A DNA stretch of 64,000 bases from Chrysomallon squamiferum. Lineage: Eukaryota > Animalia > Mollusca. A program made the translations under genes and the position numbers. The stretch spans positions 1,178,001 through 1,242,000 of the forward strand of contig CM022676.1 of the NCBI GenBank assembly GCA_012295275.1. The letters run 5' to 3'. Under the pieces are notes generated by a model. That model saw only the letters and a program-made list of their open reading frames with translations, was not told the origin of the DNA and did not search any database. Of the stretch, positions 12,758 to 26,065 are shown one piece after another; positions within the stretch are counted from its first letter, which is position 1; every line of letters begins with the position of its first letter.

Positions 12758-15241
12758 TGTTATTAAATACTGAAGTTATGTCGCGTGATCTTTCGGTGGG
12801 CGTGGTTATCGAAGCTTGCGTGCTTGGATTGGTCAGTATGAGCTTGTCAGTCATCTTTCTTGTGTTCAACGTCAGACTGAGGGAGACTAGGTGAGTTGTT
12901 ATGTTCATAAGATCACTATAATAATAATAATAATAATAATAATAAAACACTGTTGGTTGATATATGTACTGATTTTTTATTTTTATTTAAAACGCCTTTC
13001 TGTGATAAATTTACAAGCTGCGAATTTATTCTCAAAAACTGTAAATAGCACAATTTAAATTCATGATCTAAACATCCATGTTTTGTTTCCAGAATAATCA
13101 AGATGTCAAGTCCGAATCTAAATGTTATGATAGCTTTTGGCGGGATTTTTGCAAGTATCGGCTGTTTGATGTTTGGAATGGATTACTTCTTGGAGGATGA
13201 TGAATCCAAAATGTCTACTTTGTGTCAGGTAAATTTTTAAATAATGCGGAGAATTTTTCGTATTAAATAATGATAAAAGCAATAGATTATTTTGCAGGCA
13301 ATTAATCTTTGCTAATAATAAAGTATCACAATAAAATAACAAAGGTGTAAGAAAACACAGAAATTAAAATTTACCCATTTTTATGATATTTCAGTGATTA
13401 AATTATGACATTAAAAAGACCCTTCATCTGTATTAACAACGGTAGATTTTAATTGTTATATTTAGTTTTACTTTAATTTAAAATGTTTTAGAAATGAAAT
13501 ATTTTGTTGTTCAGGTTCGAGTTGCTGTGATAGTTCTGTCTACAAGTCTTGTGTTTGGTCCTATGTTTACGAAAGCTTGGCGAGTTCATAAAATATTCCA
13601 GCAAGCTGCCACTAGAAAAGTTGTAAGTTGACTTTTTTTTAAACTTACTCATTTACAACTGTTTATCGGGTTAATATTTATATAATTTGTTTATCGGGTA
13701 TGTCTATATCTATCTATCTATCTATATACATACGTACATACATACATACATTAGTTTCAGATGAATGTAATAGCTAACAAATCAAAAAAGCAAAAACAAA
13801 TTAGGAGCATAATTTTGATGATATCATTTCATTTATGTAAATTAGTTTTTACATTTTATTTCATTTCTGCTTTTTTGTTTATTTAAATGATAGGTTATTA
13901 GAGACAACAAGCTGTTTCTTATAATCAGCGCCATCTTGTTGTGTGACGTCACAGTTATTTGTGTTTGGCAGAGCATTGATCCACTTCAGTGGACAACAAC
14001 AGTTGTGACCAGTCAGGTAAACGTTAATTATTTTTTCTTTAATTAAATTTCTTTTCTCTTCTTCTTTTGTTTTTATTTTTTATTTTTATTTCATTTTATT
14101 TTTTTTAAATTTAATTTTTACTTTATATTTATATTTATATTTCTTCCATATATTGCTATATATGTTACTTACGTATATTTTACAATATACTTTTTCTCCT
14201 AAAACTTCTAACTTTATAATAATTTATACATATAACGATATTTAATATACGCATTAATGACTTTATTGCAGGTCTTCCCTACTCTTTCATCAAATGATTC
14301 GACAAACAACGTCATCACTGTCCACTGGTGTACGTCACAAAACGCTGACGTATGGGTTGCCAGCTTGTTAACCTTCAAAGTAGTCATACTTCTGTATGGT
14401 CTTTATCTAGCATGGCAAGTCAGAAACATCACTCTACCGTCAATGAATGACGCAAATCCCATTATTGTGACGTCACTGACAACCATGATAATGGCAACGT
14501 TTGCGTCATCCGTTACCATGATGCTGAGGGCATGGCCTAATGCAGTCTATGCATGTATTATCTTTGCAGTTTGGTTCAGCAATGTAACATCCATGATGGC
14601 AGTGTTTTTGCCAAAGGTATGAACATTTTATTAATAGTAAATAAATTAAATTAAAATCTAATCAATAAAATTATAATATATATTATTTTCATATAGTAAT
14701 CATTTATTATTAACGCTAATTTATTTATTGTTAATTATTATACCTTTATTATTTTTGATTTTCATACAGTTATAACTCAGAAAATTAAGTCAACACAATC
14801 TACATTGGATATCCTTTCATATTATATACTACGTTCTGAGATATTTTCAGGATACGTCAGTGTAAAAATGAGCTATTTAGAAATCAATAAAATAGCAAAC
14901 TTGTACTCTGTGACATATTTGTGAACATCTGTATGATTACATTTAAATGTAGAAAATGTACGTATTTATGTAATAATTCTAGTTAACTCTGGTTTGACTT
15001 CAGATTCGACTGTGGAAGAAAACGCCAGGCAATCCTCAGTTCAGAGTAAGCACAGCGTCAGGTAACATGACATCTGGGTTGCAGTCGTTTGAGCAAGTGG
15101 AAGAGGAACTGTATCACATGGTCAAGGAAAACATTTCTTTACAGAAGTCGCTTCAAGAGGTAAATATTTAATTTATAAACTAACACCTTCATATCAGTTT
15201 ATAAATAAATAAATAAATAAATATTATTACTGTTGTTGCTA

Positions 15242-15295
<54 letters not shown>

Positions 15296-16060
15296 TTAAA
15301 ACAGAAAAATGAAGATATCCAAGTACTTCAGAAACATCTTGACAGTGCTCAGGAAAAATTAACTCAAATTAAAATAGCACAAGAAGGGAAGCAGGACAGT
15401 GGCCTTGACCTTTCTTCTGTCAGTCATGATGATGGCTGTGAAATCACTGTTCTGCACAAGGACTGTTACAACAGCAGAGAAAGTTATCAAAGTTACATGG
15501 ACATGAATGGAACTGTTACTCAGAGTTGTCACAAATCTAAACGTCCTTCCAGTGCACACAGTATAGTCAGTGCAGCTAGCTTGAGTCAGCTTGCCCAGCT
15601 CAGAGATGCTGTAGTAGATGACATAGCTCAAGCCAACACTTTAAGTTCCAACTTAACCAAGTCATTTTCAAAAGACATTGACAAGGCTAGCAAACGGCGC
15701 TCATGGATTTACGATTCTTTACGATCCAGGCAAGAATTAGCTGGAGCCATAGCAAAATCTTACAACTTGGATGATATAGGGGATACATATTCTTATGTCT
15801 CTAGTTATCTCCCTTCGTCAAGCTCTCTATTCCATAGTCTAGATCCAGCCCATCATCACTATTCATCATCGGAAAGTCTGACATTAGCAAATGACAGTCT
15901 ATATCCTGAGTGTTCTAAACAAAGACAAGTACTAAGGGATCAGAAACGACACAAACATAGACAGAAGGAAGGTAAAAATTCAGAGAAGAAAGTTGAGCCA
16001 CCATATTTAATAGAATGTAATTTGCAAACTGGATGTTTACAGACAGACACATTTGTGTGA
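12758..16060 (+). CDS. GPR156: GPR156-like (GABA-B receptor-related) class C GPCR without a Venus-flytrap domain
   Basis: Phase-consistent exons 12758-12890, 13093-13228, 13515-13622, 13894-14016, 14272-14616, 15004-15159 and 15305-16060. Motifs RIIKMSSPNLN, SLVFGPMFTKAWRVHKIF, VIRDNKL, DPLQW, WCTS, LLYGLYLAWQVRNI-MND, WPNAVY and VFLPK are typical of the GABA-B/GPR156 7TM domain. A coiled coil follows (EEELYHMVKENISLQKSLQEKNEDIQVLQKHLDSAQEKL), then a long Ser-rich tail ending DTFV. In-frame ATG at 12778; the true start may lie in an upstream exon. Confidence 0.85.
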
Positions 16061-16154
16061 AGTTAAAATTCATTAAAAAGTATTCAGTGTTTTCCTCTTC
16101 TGAAAACAGTTCTGTGGATCATTTTAGTTTTACATATGAGAAGTCGAAAAGCTC

Positions 16155-16160
16155 AATAAA
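16155..16160 (+). terminator. Candidate polyadenylation signal for the GPR156-like gene
   Basis: AATAAA about 95 nt after the stop codon; more AATAAA copies near 16182. The motif is common in this AT-rich DNA. Confidence 0.4.
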
Positions 16161-16271
16161 ATGCATCACCATTTCCATCAAAATAAATAAATAGTGCTGA
16201 AACTGGATTAATCTGACTTCCTGTACAGTGTTTCAGTTTTCATTATTCACTGAGACAGCTCATTACATCAC

Positions 16272-16316
<45 letters not shown>

Positions 16317-19300
16317 CATCATTATGATAGAATCTCTACTAACTACTATCTCTACTGTTGGTTAAAGGAGCCAATACAAGACAAAAACAGATCATTTACA
16401 TATTATTTATTAGTCTGGTATTTTGTCTTGCACCCCATTCAAACATACAAAGTGTACAAAAATAACATAAACTGACAATGCAGGCCTAACAAAAACTGGC
16501 CCGGGTTATGATTAAATGTGTAATATTATAAATTTGTGTGAGAGACAACAATTTCAACACTATGTAAATAAATTATTTTGCAGATCTACTTCTTTTCTTG
16601 ATATGTACTGAATACAGTTGTGGATGGTCTTCAAGAAAAAGCAACTATCATCTCACTTCAAACTGAATTCAATTCTACAAACATGCAGGTCATAACCTAC
16701 TCATGTTTAGAATGATTTCATGAATTTTTTTTTTTTTTTTTTTCATTACATTCTACTCAAATGCAGAAACAGTTTTCAATTAGACCAGCTAAAGGGTTGA
16801 AATTAAACTGACTTTTTTTCCTCCTGACCTGCAAACATAATTATACAAATTCTGTAATTATATACTTTAAAAAATGTAACTGAATGCAGCTGAGAAAAAA
16901 ATAAAGAGCCAAAAAAAAAAAAAAAAAAAAAGTTAATAAATAAATAAGTAAATAAATAATAATAATAATAATAATAATTTAAAAACAAAAATTGCAGTAA
17001 ATGAAAAGTAATTTCATAAAAAAAGTTTTAATGGGTTAGTTTCTACATCATATTTTAATAACAAAAAAAAGAAGAAAACGTTTACTGAGGTATAAAATAA
17101 TAAATCACACTGAATTTATGTGTGCTAAGCTTGTAGATTATACTGGTACAAAAACCCTTAACAACAGTATGAAATACTTCTTAACTAAAAAATATAAACT
17201 CAAAAATTCACATATTGAAATATTGTTCAGTTCCAGGAAATGAATAGCAACAAAGTAAACAAAGAAAAAAAAAAAAAAATATTAGAGAGAAAAAAGAAAA
17301 AAAGAATTAGAAAATATATATAAGAAAAAAATAAGAAAAATAAAAAGTTTATGCAAGAGTAATGTAAATGCAGTGCTGTTTCATTATATAAAAACACTAT
17401 TAATGTAGTTAGCACATTAACTGCAATAACTAAACATTTATACAATCAGTTACATACCATAGATGAAATTAAATACCACTACACTTTAAAATCAGACTGA
17501 AATAAAGAAAAACATAAATTGTGAAAAAAATTAATTGAATTATAGGTATAATGAAAAATTTCATCCAAGAAAATTATCATATTTTTTAATAATTTTAAAC
17601 CTGAAAAATCTTTAGAGAGCTGAACGTCACTGTACTGTTGTGACATTAAAAAAGAAATTATTGACAAAGATAGAACTAAATATCATAGTACTTTCAACAA
17701 CTATAAAAATTATACAAATGTCTAAGTTGAGTATATTTAAAACTGCACTATTGTTATATGTACTTGTTTTAACTAAAATTACGAAGAGAAGTTACTGCTA
17801 AAGTCTACAAAACCAAATAACTATCTTGAGTTACATAATTACGTATAATACACCTGGATGAAAAATGGATTATTGGGCATTTTATTTATTCTAATAACCA
17901 ATACAAAAGCATCATTTTACATGCACACATTCTTACTTACGTACACAAACAAGCACTTTCGTTTACCACAACCTTTCTCAGACAAAATGAATATATGTGT
18001 ACACATCAATTTTATGTATAAGATTTGTCCAAATTTATTTACATTAACTGACTCTATATACTTATATGATATATAGCGCTGATAAAATAATGTAACTCTT
18101 AAAATGTAACAATAGAAACTATAAAAATGAAGGCAACATATCTGTAAATGAGCCTTAATTAATAATATATTGGTACACTAATATAGTATGTTTATATTGG
18201 AATTGTATAATCTTTATTTATTTAAAATAAGAACGGCAATAGCTATTCCTATTTTAGTTTTTGTCTCATCTTCCTTAGCTAGCTGACAAATAATATTCTT
18301 CAAATAATTATCTAAGCAATAAATTAATAATAATAATAATAATAAAATTATTAAAAATTAATAAGTGAAGTAAGTAACAGAAATAAAGAGCACTATAATA
18401 ACAAATGAGAGAGGAGTTAATTCAGCTGATATTTTGATTCTGTAGGAAACCCACAGCCTTTTTTAAACAGTGGTCTTGTTATCTGGAAGCATGGTGAATG
18501 ATTTAAAATAATAAAATAAATATTAAGCTGTAATAATGGAAGACATGGACGGATAAATGATAAATTAATAGATTTATAAGATCTTAACAAAAACAGACCT
18601 CCCATTAAAGCAGTTTACAAACAAATACTTACAAAAATAATATAAATAAACAAAAATAAAATTTAATAATATTAAAAGATAAAATTATAATGTCTGTAAA
18701 AGCTAGTATGAAGATGGATAGCTATTTTTGTAACAAAGTTTATGTTTAAATAGTTTACATTATAAGGTTCACAAACTTTAACATTACATGTGTAAGGAAT
18801 AACAAAGATTTTTTTAAAGTAATTACTAGCTGAAATACACATTTTGTAAAGTAAGACTGAAACTTACTGGATTTCATTTTGAATATGCTCTTTCACTAAA
18901 ATGTATTATTTTCTGAATGTATTTTGATATAATCTTTTTTTAAATGACAAAAATATTTTTTTTTACAAATATATATATTATTTTTATACCCAAAATATTA
19001 TAATTTTGATAATCAACAGAAATAATTAACATACACATAAAATAAATAACACAAAAATTTGCTGCCAGCAAATCCACTATCAATGGAAATAATTACAGGA
19101 CTAAAAAACTATCTTCTTTGTTATCTTCGCATTATAAAAGACTAACATTAAAAAATGAGGATTATGTGTGATATTATGCATAGATTTTGTTTTGTCACAA
19201 CACTTGTTCTGAGGCATGGATCACAGTACACTGAAGATTACTATATGATTTTTATATATGTACAATTACTGAAACCTGCCTCTTGCTGCAGCATTTTAAC

Positions 19301-20184
19301 AGTTTTAAAACAAGTTTAAAGATATTAACAGTCATGTTATTAAGTAAAAAACATGACTCTATAACTCAGGAAAATGAATTTCATCAATGCAGCATTTCTC
19401 CTTTTCTCAGTTTTGTTTTGTTTGAAATATTCTTTTTTATTTATTTTTATTAGTTTTTCATGATGCCAGTTCCATTTCCACATCATTGGTATATTTCTTC
19501 ATACACATTCATGAAAACAGATTTTCTTAATGTATATATAATTCTCACTGGTCTTAAAAATATGCTGAAACAAATGTAAATTTTTACTTTCCTGAAGATC
19601 ATAAAAAAATACAACTGTCTTTCTTCCAGTAGTATCATGTGCATGACACAAATACATCCACAACATTCTATAAGTTAATTTCATCCCTTATAGCTGTTAT
19701 TCCATAAAATGAAGTTACGATTTTCAATTCCTGTATTATGTTAATTATTATATGTCTATAGTTTATTTTTCACAAAAATAATAAACAACATAATGCAGAG
19801 GTTTTCATAAGAATCACAATTCAATCTAATAGGAATCAATTACTCACTATAAATGAATGAATTTCCAGCATCAGCACAAAATGGCCAATGAAAGAGGACA
19901 CATATTCAGTGAAATATAAAGTTTACATGTGACATTGATATGAAAAAGTTGATATGACACAAAATATGTCAAGATGTTCTTTGAAATGTATAGTTTATAT
20001 GTGATACAAATAAAAAAACATTGATCTGATGTTAGATTATATCAATGTCATATTCATTGAAATATCAAGTTTATAACTGACACAAATACAGAAAAATCTC
20101 ATGTAACATAAAACATCCCCATTGTGCTATTTCTGAATATTGCTCCGAAGTTCTTTTGATGAGACAGATACCATCCATGATGTT

Positions 20185-20510
20185 AATGCACCTTTGAATA
20201 TGTTAATGTTTTATTATATCTTGAAGTACATAAATACAGTTCTGTGTTTTTGATATATATTGTTTTTCCATATCCTTGATGTCCATTAATGTTTTTGCTA
20301 CATCCTTGATGTACACAGTATGTTTTACTATATATAATTCAAGTAAGTTAATCTTTATATCCTTGAAGTATATAGAAGAGTACTTCCTTGAAGTGTGTTA
20401 ATGAATCTGATAATGTCCTTCAAGTATGTTAAATTTTGCTATGCACTTGAAGTACAATAGTTAATTTGATTATATTAAATTATATTGTTTTTCTAAATCC
20501 TTGAAGAAAG
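20185..20510. repeat. Degenerate ~30-bp minisatellite in the presumed nephrin 3' UTR
   Basis: Recurrent core (t)ccttga(a/t)gta followed by tgttaatgttt-like spacers, roughly every 25-35 nt. Confidence 0.6.
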
Positions 20511-20939
20511 TGTTTACATAGGTAAAAGATTCTCAGAGAGAAGGTTTCTTGTTCTGGCACTAATTGTAGAACAGAACTGTAATTTCATTTCACCTTTTGA
20601 GAATTCCAAGTAAGAGATTTGTTTCCATTAAAACTGTATGGTCCACTGTATTTTAAACTCTTCAGTGATAAAAAAAAAATAAAATAAAAATAATAATAAT
20701 AAATTAATTAATTAATTCATTAATAAAGAAGAAAAAAAAAAAAAAAAAAAAATTAAATAATAAAAATAAAAATAAAAATAAAAAAATAAATAAATTAAAT
20801 AATAAAAATAATAAACAAAAATAAAAATTAGGCAGCACAAAAGGTTTTCATCCAAGAAAGTTCATGTATCATTTTCAGTTTGCTGTGACCACTGGTTTAT
20901 GCACAGGTAAAGTAAAATAGCAAACAGATTGTTTTTTTC

Positions 20940-21832
20940 CTATACAAGATATCCACGCATCTCTGTTCCATTGTATACATGCATGTCTTGTGGTAAATTG
21001 TTCACTGTGGGTCCATCATAGTTAGGATTGTTTATTATATTAGGTGACACTGATGCAAAGGATCCTGAAAAATACAAATGATCGAAAATATTAACAGTAC
21101 ATAATTATTCTTCCAGTTACTGATTCCAGATTCTTACTTTCCTTTTTTTTCCTTTTTTCTTGTTCTTTTGTTTGTTTGTTTTTTGTTTCTTTACTATTTT
21201 CAGCTAAATAAATGTACATCTGTTTATAGAAAATATGATTCTTCGAGTAACTATCTTAAACTATCTTAAATAGCTATTAGACAACAGAAAACATATTTAA
21301 AAAAAATAATTGTAATAAATAAATAAATAAAAATAAAATGCAGCAATAGGTATTATACATTAAAAGCAATAAATTATCTTCATATATCAATAATTGAAAA
21401 AAAATATATTTTTATTTTAATTAAAAATCAAAATACTGTAATAAAAACTTATATTTAAGATAATATTTAAGTAATATTTAAGATAAGTCACCAGTACTTT
21501 TTTCTTCTTTGGTTTCAAAACCTGTTTTAAAAAGATCTACCTCGTTCTTTATGAATAAGAGTAGATAATGCTTTACTTTTTTTTTTAAGTTGTGCAGTTT
21601 CATTTGAAAAAACTTATATTACTGTGTTATTATATGTTATTCCAAGCAAATTATGGTATGTTAATAAACTGTAAGAAATGGAGATAGGGAAAATAAATGG
21701 TAGAGAGGGCTTTTTTCATATATTTAAAGAATAAATAAATAAACAAATAAAACTGGAGACAAGCAAAATAAAAAGTGTAATCTGCAAGGTGATTATATTT
21801 AAACAGATAAAGACAAACACTGTGAGACTTGC

Positions 21833-21872
<40 letters not shown>

Positions 21873-22586
21873 GTTTTCATTGGTAAGATAATTATATTTT
21901 AAAACAAACTTACATGCTTCAAATAAAAGCATTATTTATTATATAAGTAATAAATCTAACAAGTTACCATCTATAATGATTTTTTAAAAAGAAGTTTAAA
22001 AAAGAAAATAAAAGCAATAAAGGAAAGAAAACCTCCACAAAGCAGAAACACACAATCATAGAAATGAAAAAAACAAACAAAAAAAAGCAGATTAACAAGC
22101 AAATATCTATTCACTGACGTGAACAAATATATAAATTATCAATATAAAATTTTAGTAATGAAGGTTTTAATCAAATTTAGTAAGGAAACTACAAAGCTGA
22201 ATGAAAGTTAATTATGAAGATGAATTTGTAGAACCAACCCCAGTGTCACTTCAAGTATAACTAAGTTAGATGTTTTTTACTTTAAATATCTTAAATCTTG
22301 AGAAAACAAATATAAATAAGTAGAATCTGTCTTGAATCAAACTATAGAACATTGATTTATTTATATATGATTCTTATTTTAGTTTCAGTGCAGATAATTA
22401 ATTTGTATAATTCAGATTTATTCTAAGCCCATACATATAAAACTATAAACTAAAAATTATGATGAACTTATTTTTCTAACAAATTTTATTTGTGAATTAG
22501 TCTGATGCTATAGTCTTTAAAAAATATTATGAAATTATTTTTGCTTATTAATTTAAAAATAATTTAAAAAATATATATATAAATAA

Positions 22587-22630
<44 letters not shown>

Positions 22631-22920
22631 ATTGTGCTTATTTTTCTTTATATTCTTTTTTTTTAAAATTATCATGTTTAAAAAGCATTGTTCATAACAA
22701 TATAAATAAAATTAAAATAATAATACTCTTTCAAGATTTAAAAATTAGTATTATAACCTTGAAGTGACATTAAAAAGCAGAAATTGAAAATAAAGTAAGA
22801 TCAATTTTAATTACACAACTTACTAAACCCAAGTAAATAAGACTTTCACCATCAATTATTTTCCTCTGGGAACTGAGAAAAAATATAAATCAATATATAT
22901 AGTAAAAATTAGAGACTCTC

Positions 22921-22951
<31 letters not shown>

Positions 22952-25900
22952 TAAAAAATGTAACAATACAAAAAGCTAATTATTTAAATTAATATCTTAA
23001 AATCTTCCAATTTTTGTCCAGTCTCTAAATTTTACACTTACATATTTCCACAACAGAATAAAAAAAAATAATAATAAAAAAAAAAAAAAAAATGATTTCT
23101 GCCTTTTTATTTCTGTTCAGTGATAAAATGCTATAAAAATACCATAATAAATATCTGGGGGCTACCTGAATTGAATATTCTTATATTAGTCTTATTTTTT
23201 TGTTTGTAAGTTAATTTTTTTCACTGACTGTTAAACATGCATCACAGATTGCTCTACCATGCAGTTGTTTCAAAATTCATGCCATGTATAAAATGAAACA
23301 TAATTCCATAAAGGCATGCAAAAAGATGATGTATATTTACAATACATAGTTTTAATAGTTGTAATAAGCTGTCTTTTTCATTAATCCAAAAATGTTTATA
23401 AATTAAAAAGAAAGGGATAAAACACAGATTATTAAATTTACTGGAAGGGAATGCAGGTAGATCTGACGAATTAAAATTATTAAAAAAAAAAAAAAAAAAA
23501 AATTCTTGGATTATATTCTAAGCATTTAGTAAAAAAAAATAATAAAAAAAATAATTATAATAACAATAAACATAAATAAACAAAAAATAATAATTTATAA
23601 ATAAATAAATAATAAAATAAGAATAATAAAAATAATAATCATAATCATAATAATAATAATAATAAAAGCAAATTAACAATTTAAAACCAAATTATGAATT
23701 ATGGAATATCAGCTTTAAAGCAAAATAATAGAGCACAGGGAATTTATTTGTATATATTTTTTATTATGAAGATAAAGTTTTACCTGGGAGAGAGGTATAT
23801 CTGTTTGCAGCAGGCTGCTCCATATTTCGACTTGACATTCGCGGTGGAGGTGTAGGTGGAGCTCTGGGCTGAAAAAAACAAACAAATAAATTAAATTAAA
23901 AAATAAATAAAATAAAATAAATAAATAAATATTCTGTTTAACTTTTACCAAAAATTTCATGAAATAACTTTAGTCTTTTACAAATTTAAACCATACAGGA
24001 TATTTTATACAGGATAATACAAAACATCTACATTAAGCAAACATTTACATGTTTGATATTTTTGAAACTATATTTATTCAAGCAGATTAAGAAAAGATTA
24101 AACACTAATTAAACCTAATGAAGAAAAGTACAAAATAAGACTAAACAGATTTATAGAGAAAATAAACAGATAGATTACATACATAAACATACATTCACAT
24201 ACGCACTCATGGTGTCACACATGCACACGCACACAAACACACACACAAACACACAGGTATGACAAACCTTTGAAGGTTTTTGTTCTCGAATTCTCAGTGC
24301 TTTTGGAATAGCTGGAGATCCTTTTGGTCCTTTAGCACCTGCTTTCGTGAGATTTTCATTTGATCTTTCCCTCTGTCTCAGAGACTTCATTGACTCAGTG
24401 TCCCTCCTGTCTTGATCACTTAGCGATTTCTGTCTGTCAAATGACAGATCATGTCCAGAAAAACGCTTCTCTTGTCTCTGAAGGTAATCTGTAGATTTAA
24501 TTATTTTAAATTATTTAATTAAAAAAACAAAACAGCAGGTAACAATTGAAATTAAACACACTGTAACAGTTGTGCAAAAATAAATGAATAAATGAATGAA
24601 TAAATAAAAAAATAAATAATGTTCTAATATAAATTGTTGCACTAATTCTGTAATTGTAAATATTATTTACATAATTCTTTAGTTAATTCAAATATTTATT
24701 ACTGATACACATTTTAAACTTGTGTATGATTCATAAATAAAAATATGAAATAATAATATTTTTTTAGTAACAGAGTTCAGTTGTTGCTATCAGTTAACGT
24801 TACTTAATTTATAATAATTAATAGTAATCAAATCAATTTTTTTTTGTTCAGGGATGAGAATCCTGGTAGTAAAAAGAGTAATAAATATAAATAGCTTATT
24901 TTAGTATTTTGTATTTTTCCTCTTTATATCCCCAACCCTGCTGGTAATTAGAACCTGTTATCACAGATCTTTATATAATGAAATTGTCTTTACAGTTTAC
25001 CCAAAGCATCAAAGTAAATTACTTTATCCAGAACAATTTGGATAGTTGCTCAATTACTATTTATCCAGAACAGGTCATACATTTACACATCACAAAATTC
25101 CAAACTTCTAACCAAATATTATTTTCTAACCTTTCTCATTTACCCATTTACCCATTTAGTCACATATTCATTTCGGACAAATTTATAGGTTTAAACAGAA
25201 ATTTCAAATGATCTGTCCAGTAAATAAGGGTGTACTTCTGAACAAACAAAATTGTTCCAAAGAATGATAAAAATGCTGTCCTATAACCAACTTTGAAAAT
25301 CATTAATTAACTGTGGGCCTTTTTGAAACATTTTGTGAAATTCCAGTCATTAACAGACACCAAATGACAGTCAACTTCTGAAAGTTACCCACAGAGTCAA
25401 GAAACAATAAACTGTTCCTTCTCTTCCAGCAAAATGGTCACTAGTAGTTATTTTACAAAATTCAGACCCAGAAAAAAATTTCCTACACAATTCTCATCCC
25501 TGTTACGTACCAGGGTAATTAATCATTCTGAACGAACCTCGTCGCATTTCTTGTATTGTGTTTGGAGTGCCTAGATCTGTATGGTGTAATGATGGTCTTC
25601 TGCTTTCATCACGCTGTAAAATCAATCAACCAATTTATAACAATATTTGTAGTTCACACAGAAACTGAGTTTTAAAAATAATATATATATATCTCTTTGA
25701 AAACATTATTTACAGCAGTAAATGTGTGTACCTTAAATAACAACAAAAAAAAAAAAAAAAAAAAAACAAAACAAACAATACATGAATAAATAAATAAATA
25801 AACAAATAAATAAATAAAACAAAAAATAATAATAATAAAATAAAAAACTTACATGGTATTCTTCTGCATATTCATCAAGATACTGATCAAGTTGTCTGTT

Positions 25901-26009
25901 TGGTTCATATTCAATCTCATCATCACTCCTATCTTCACACTTGTACTGTTTATACATCTCAAACACAGATTTACCTGAAACCAAAACAGCAGTTTTATTT
26001 ATTTACCTG

Positions 26010-26065
<56 letters not shown>

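Noticed and set aside
21914-21970. Two possible 3-nt microexons (gaag|CAT|gtaagt at 21914-16 and atag|ATG|gtaact at 21968-70)
   Set aside because: Weak acceptors or donors; such short matches are expected by chance in AT-rich DNA and cannot be supported without reads.
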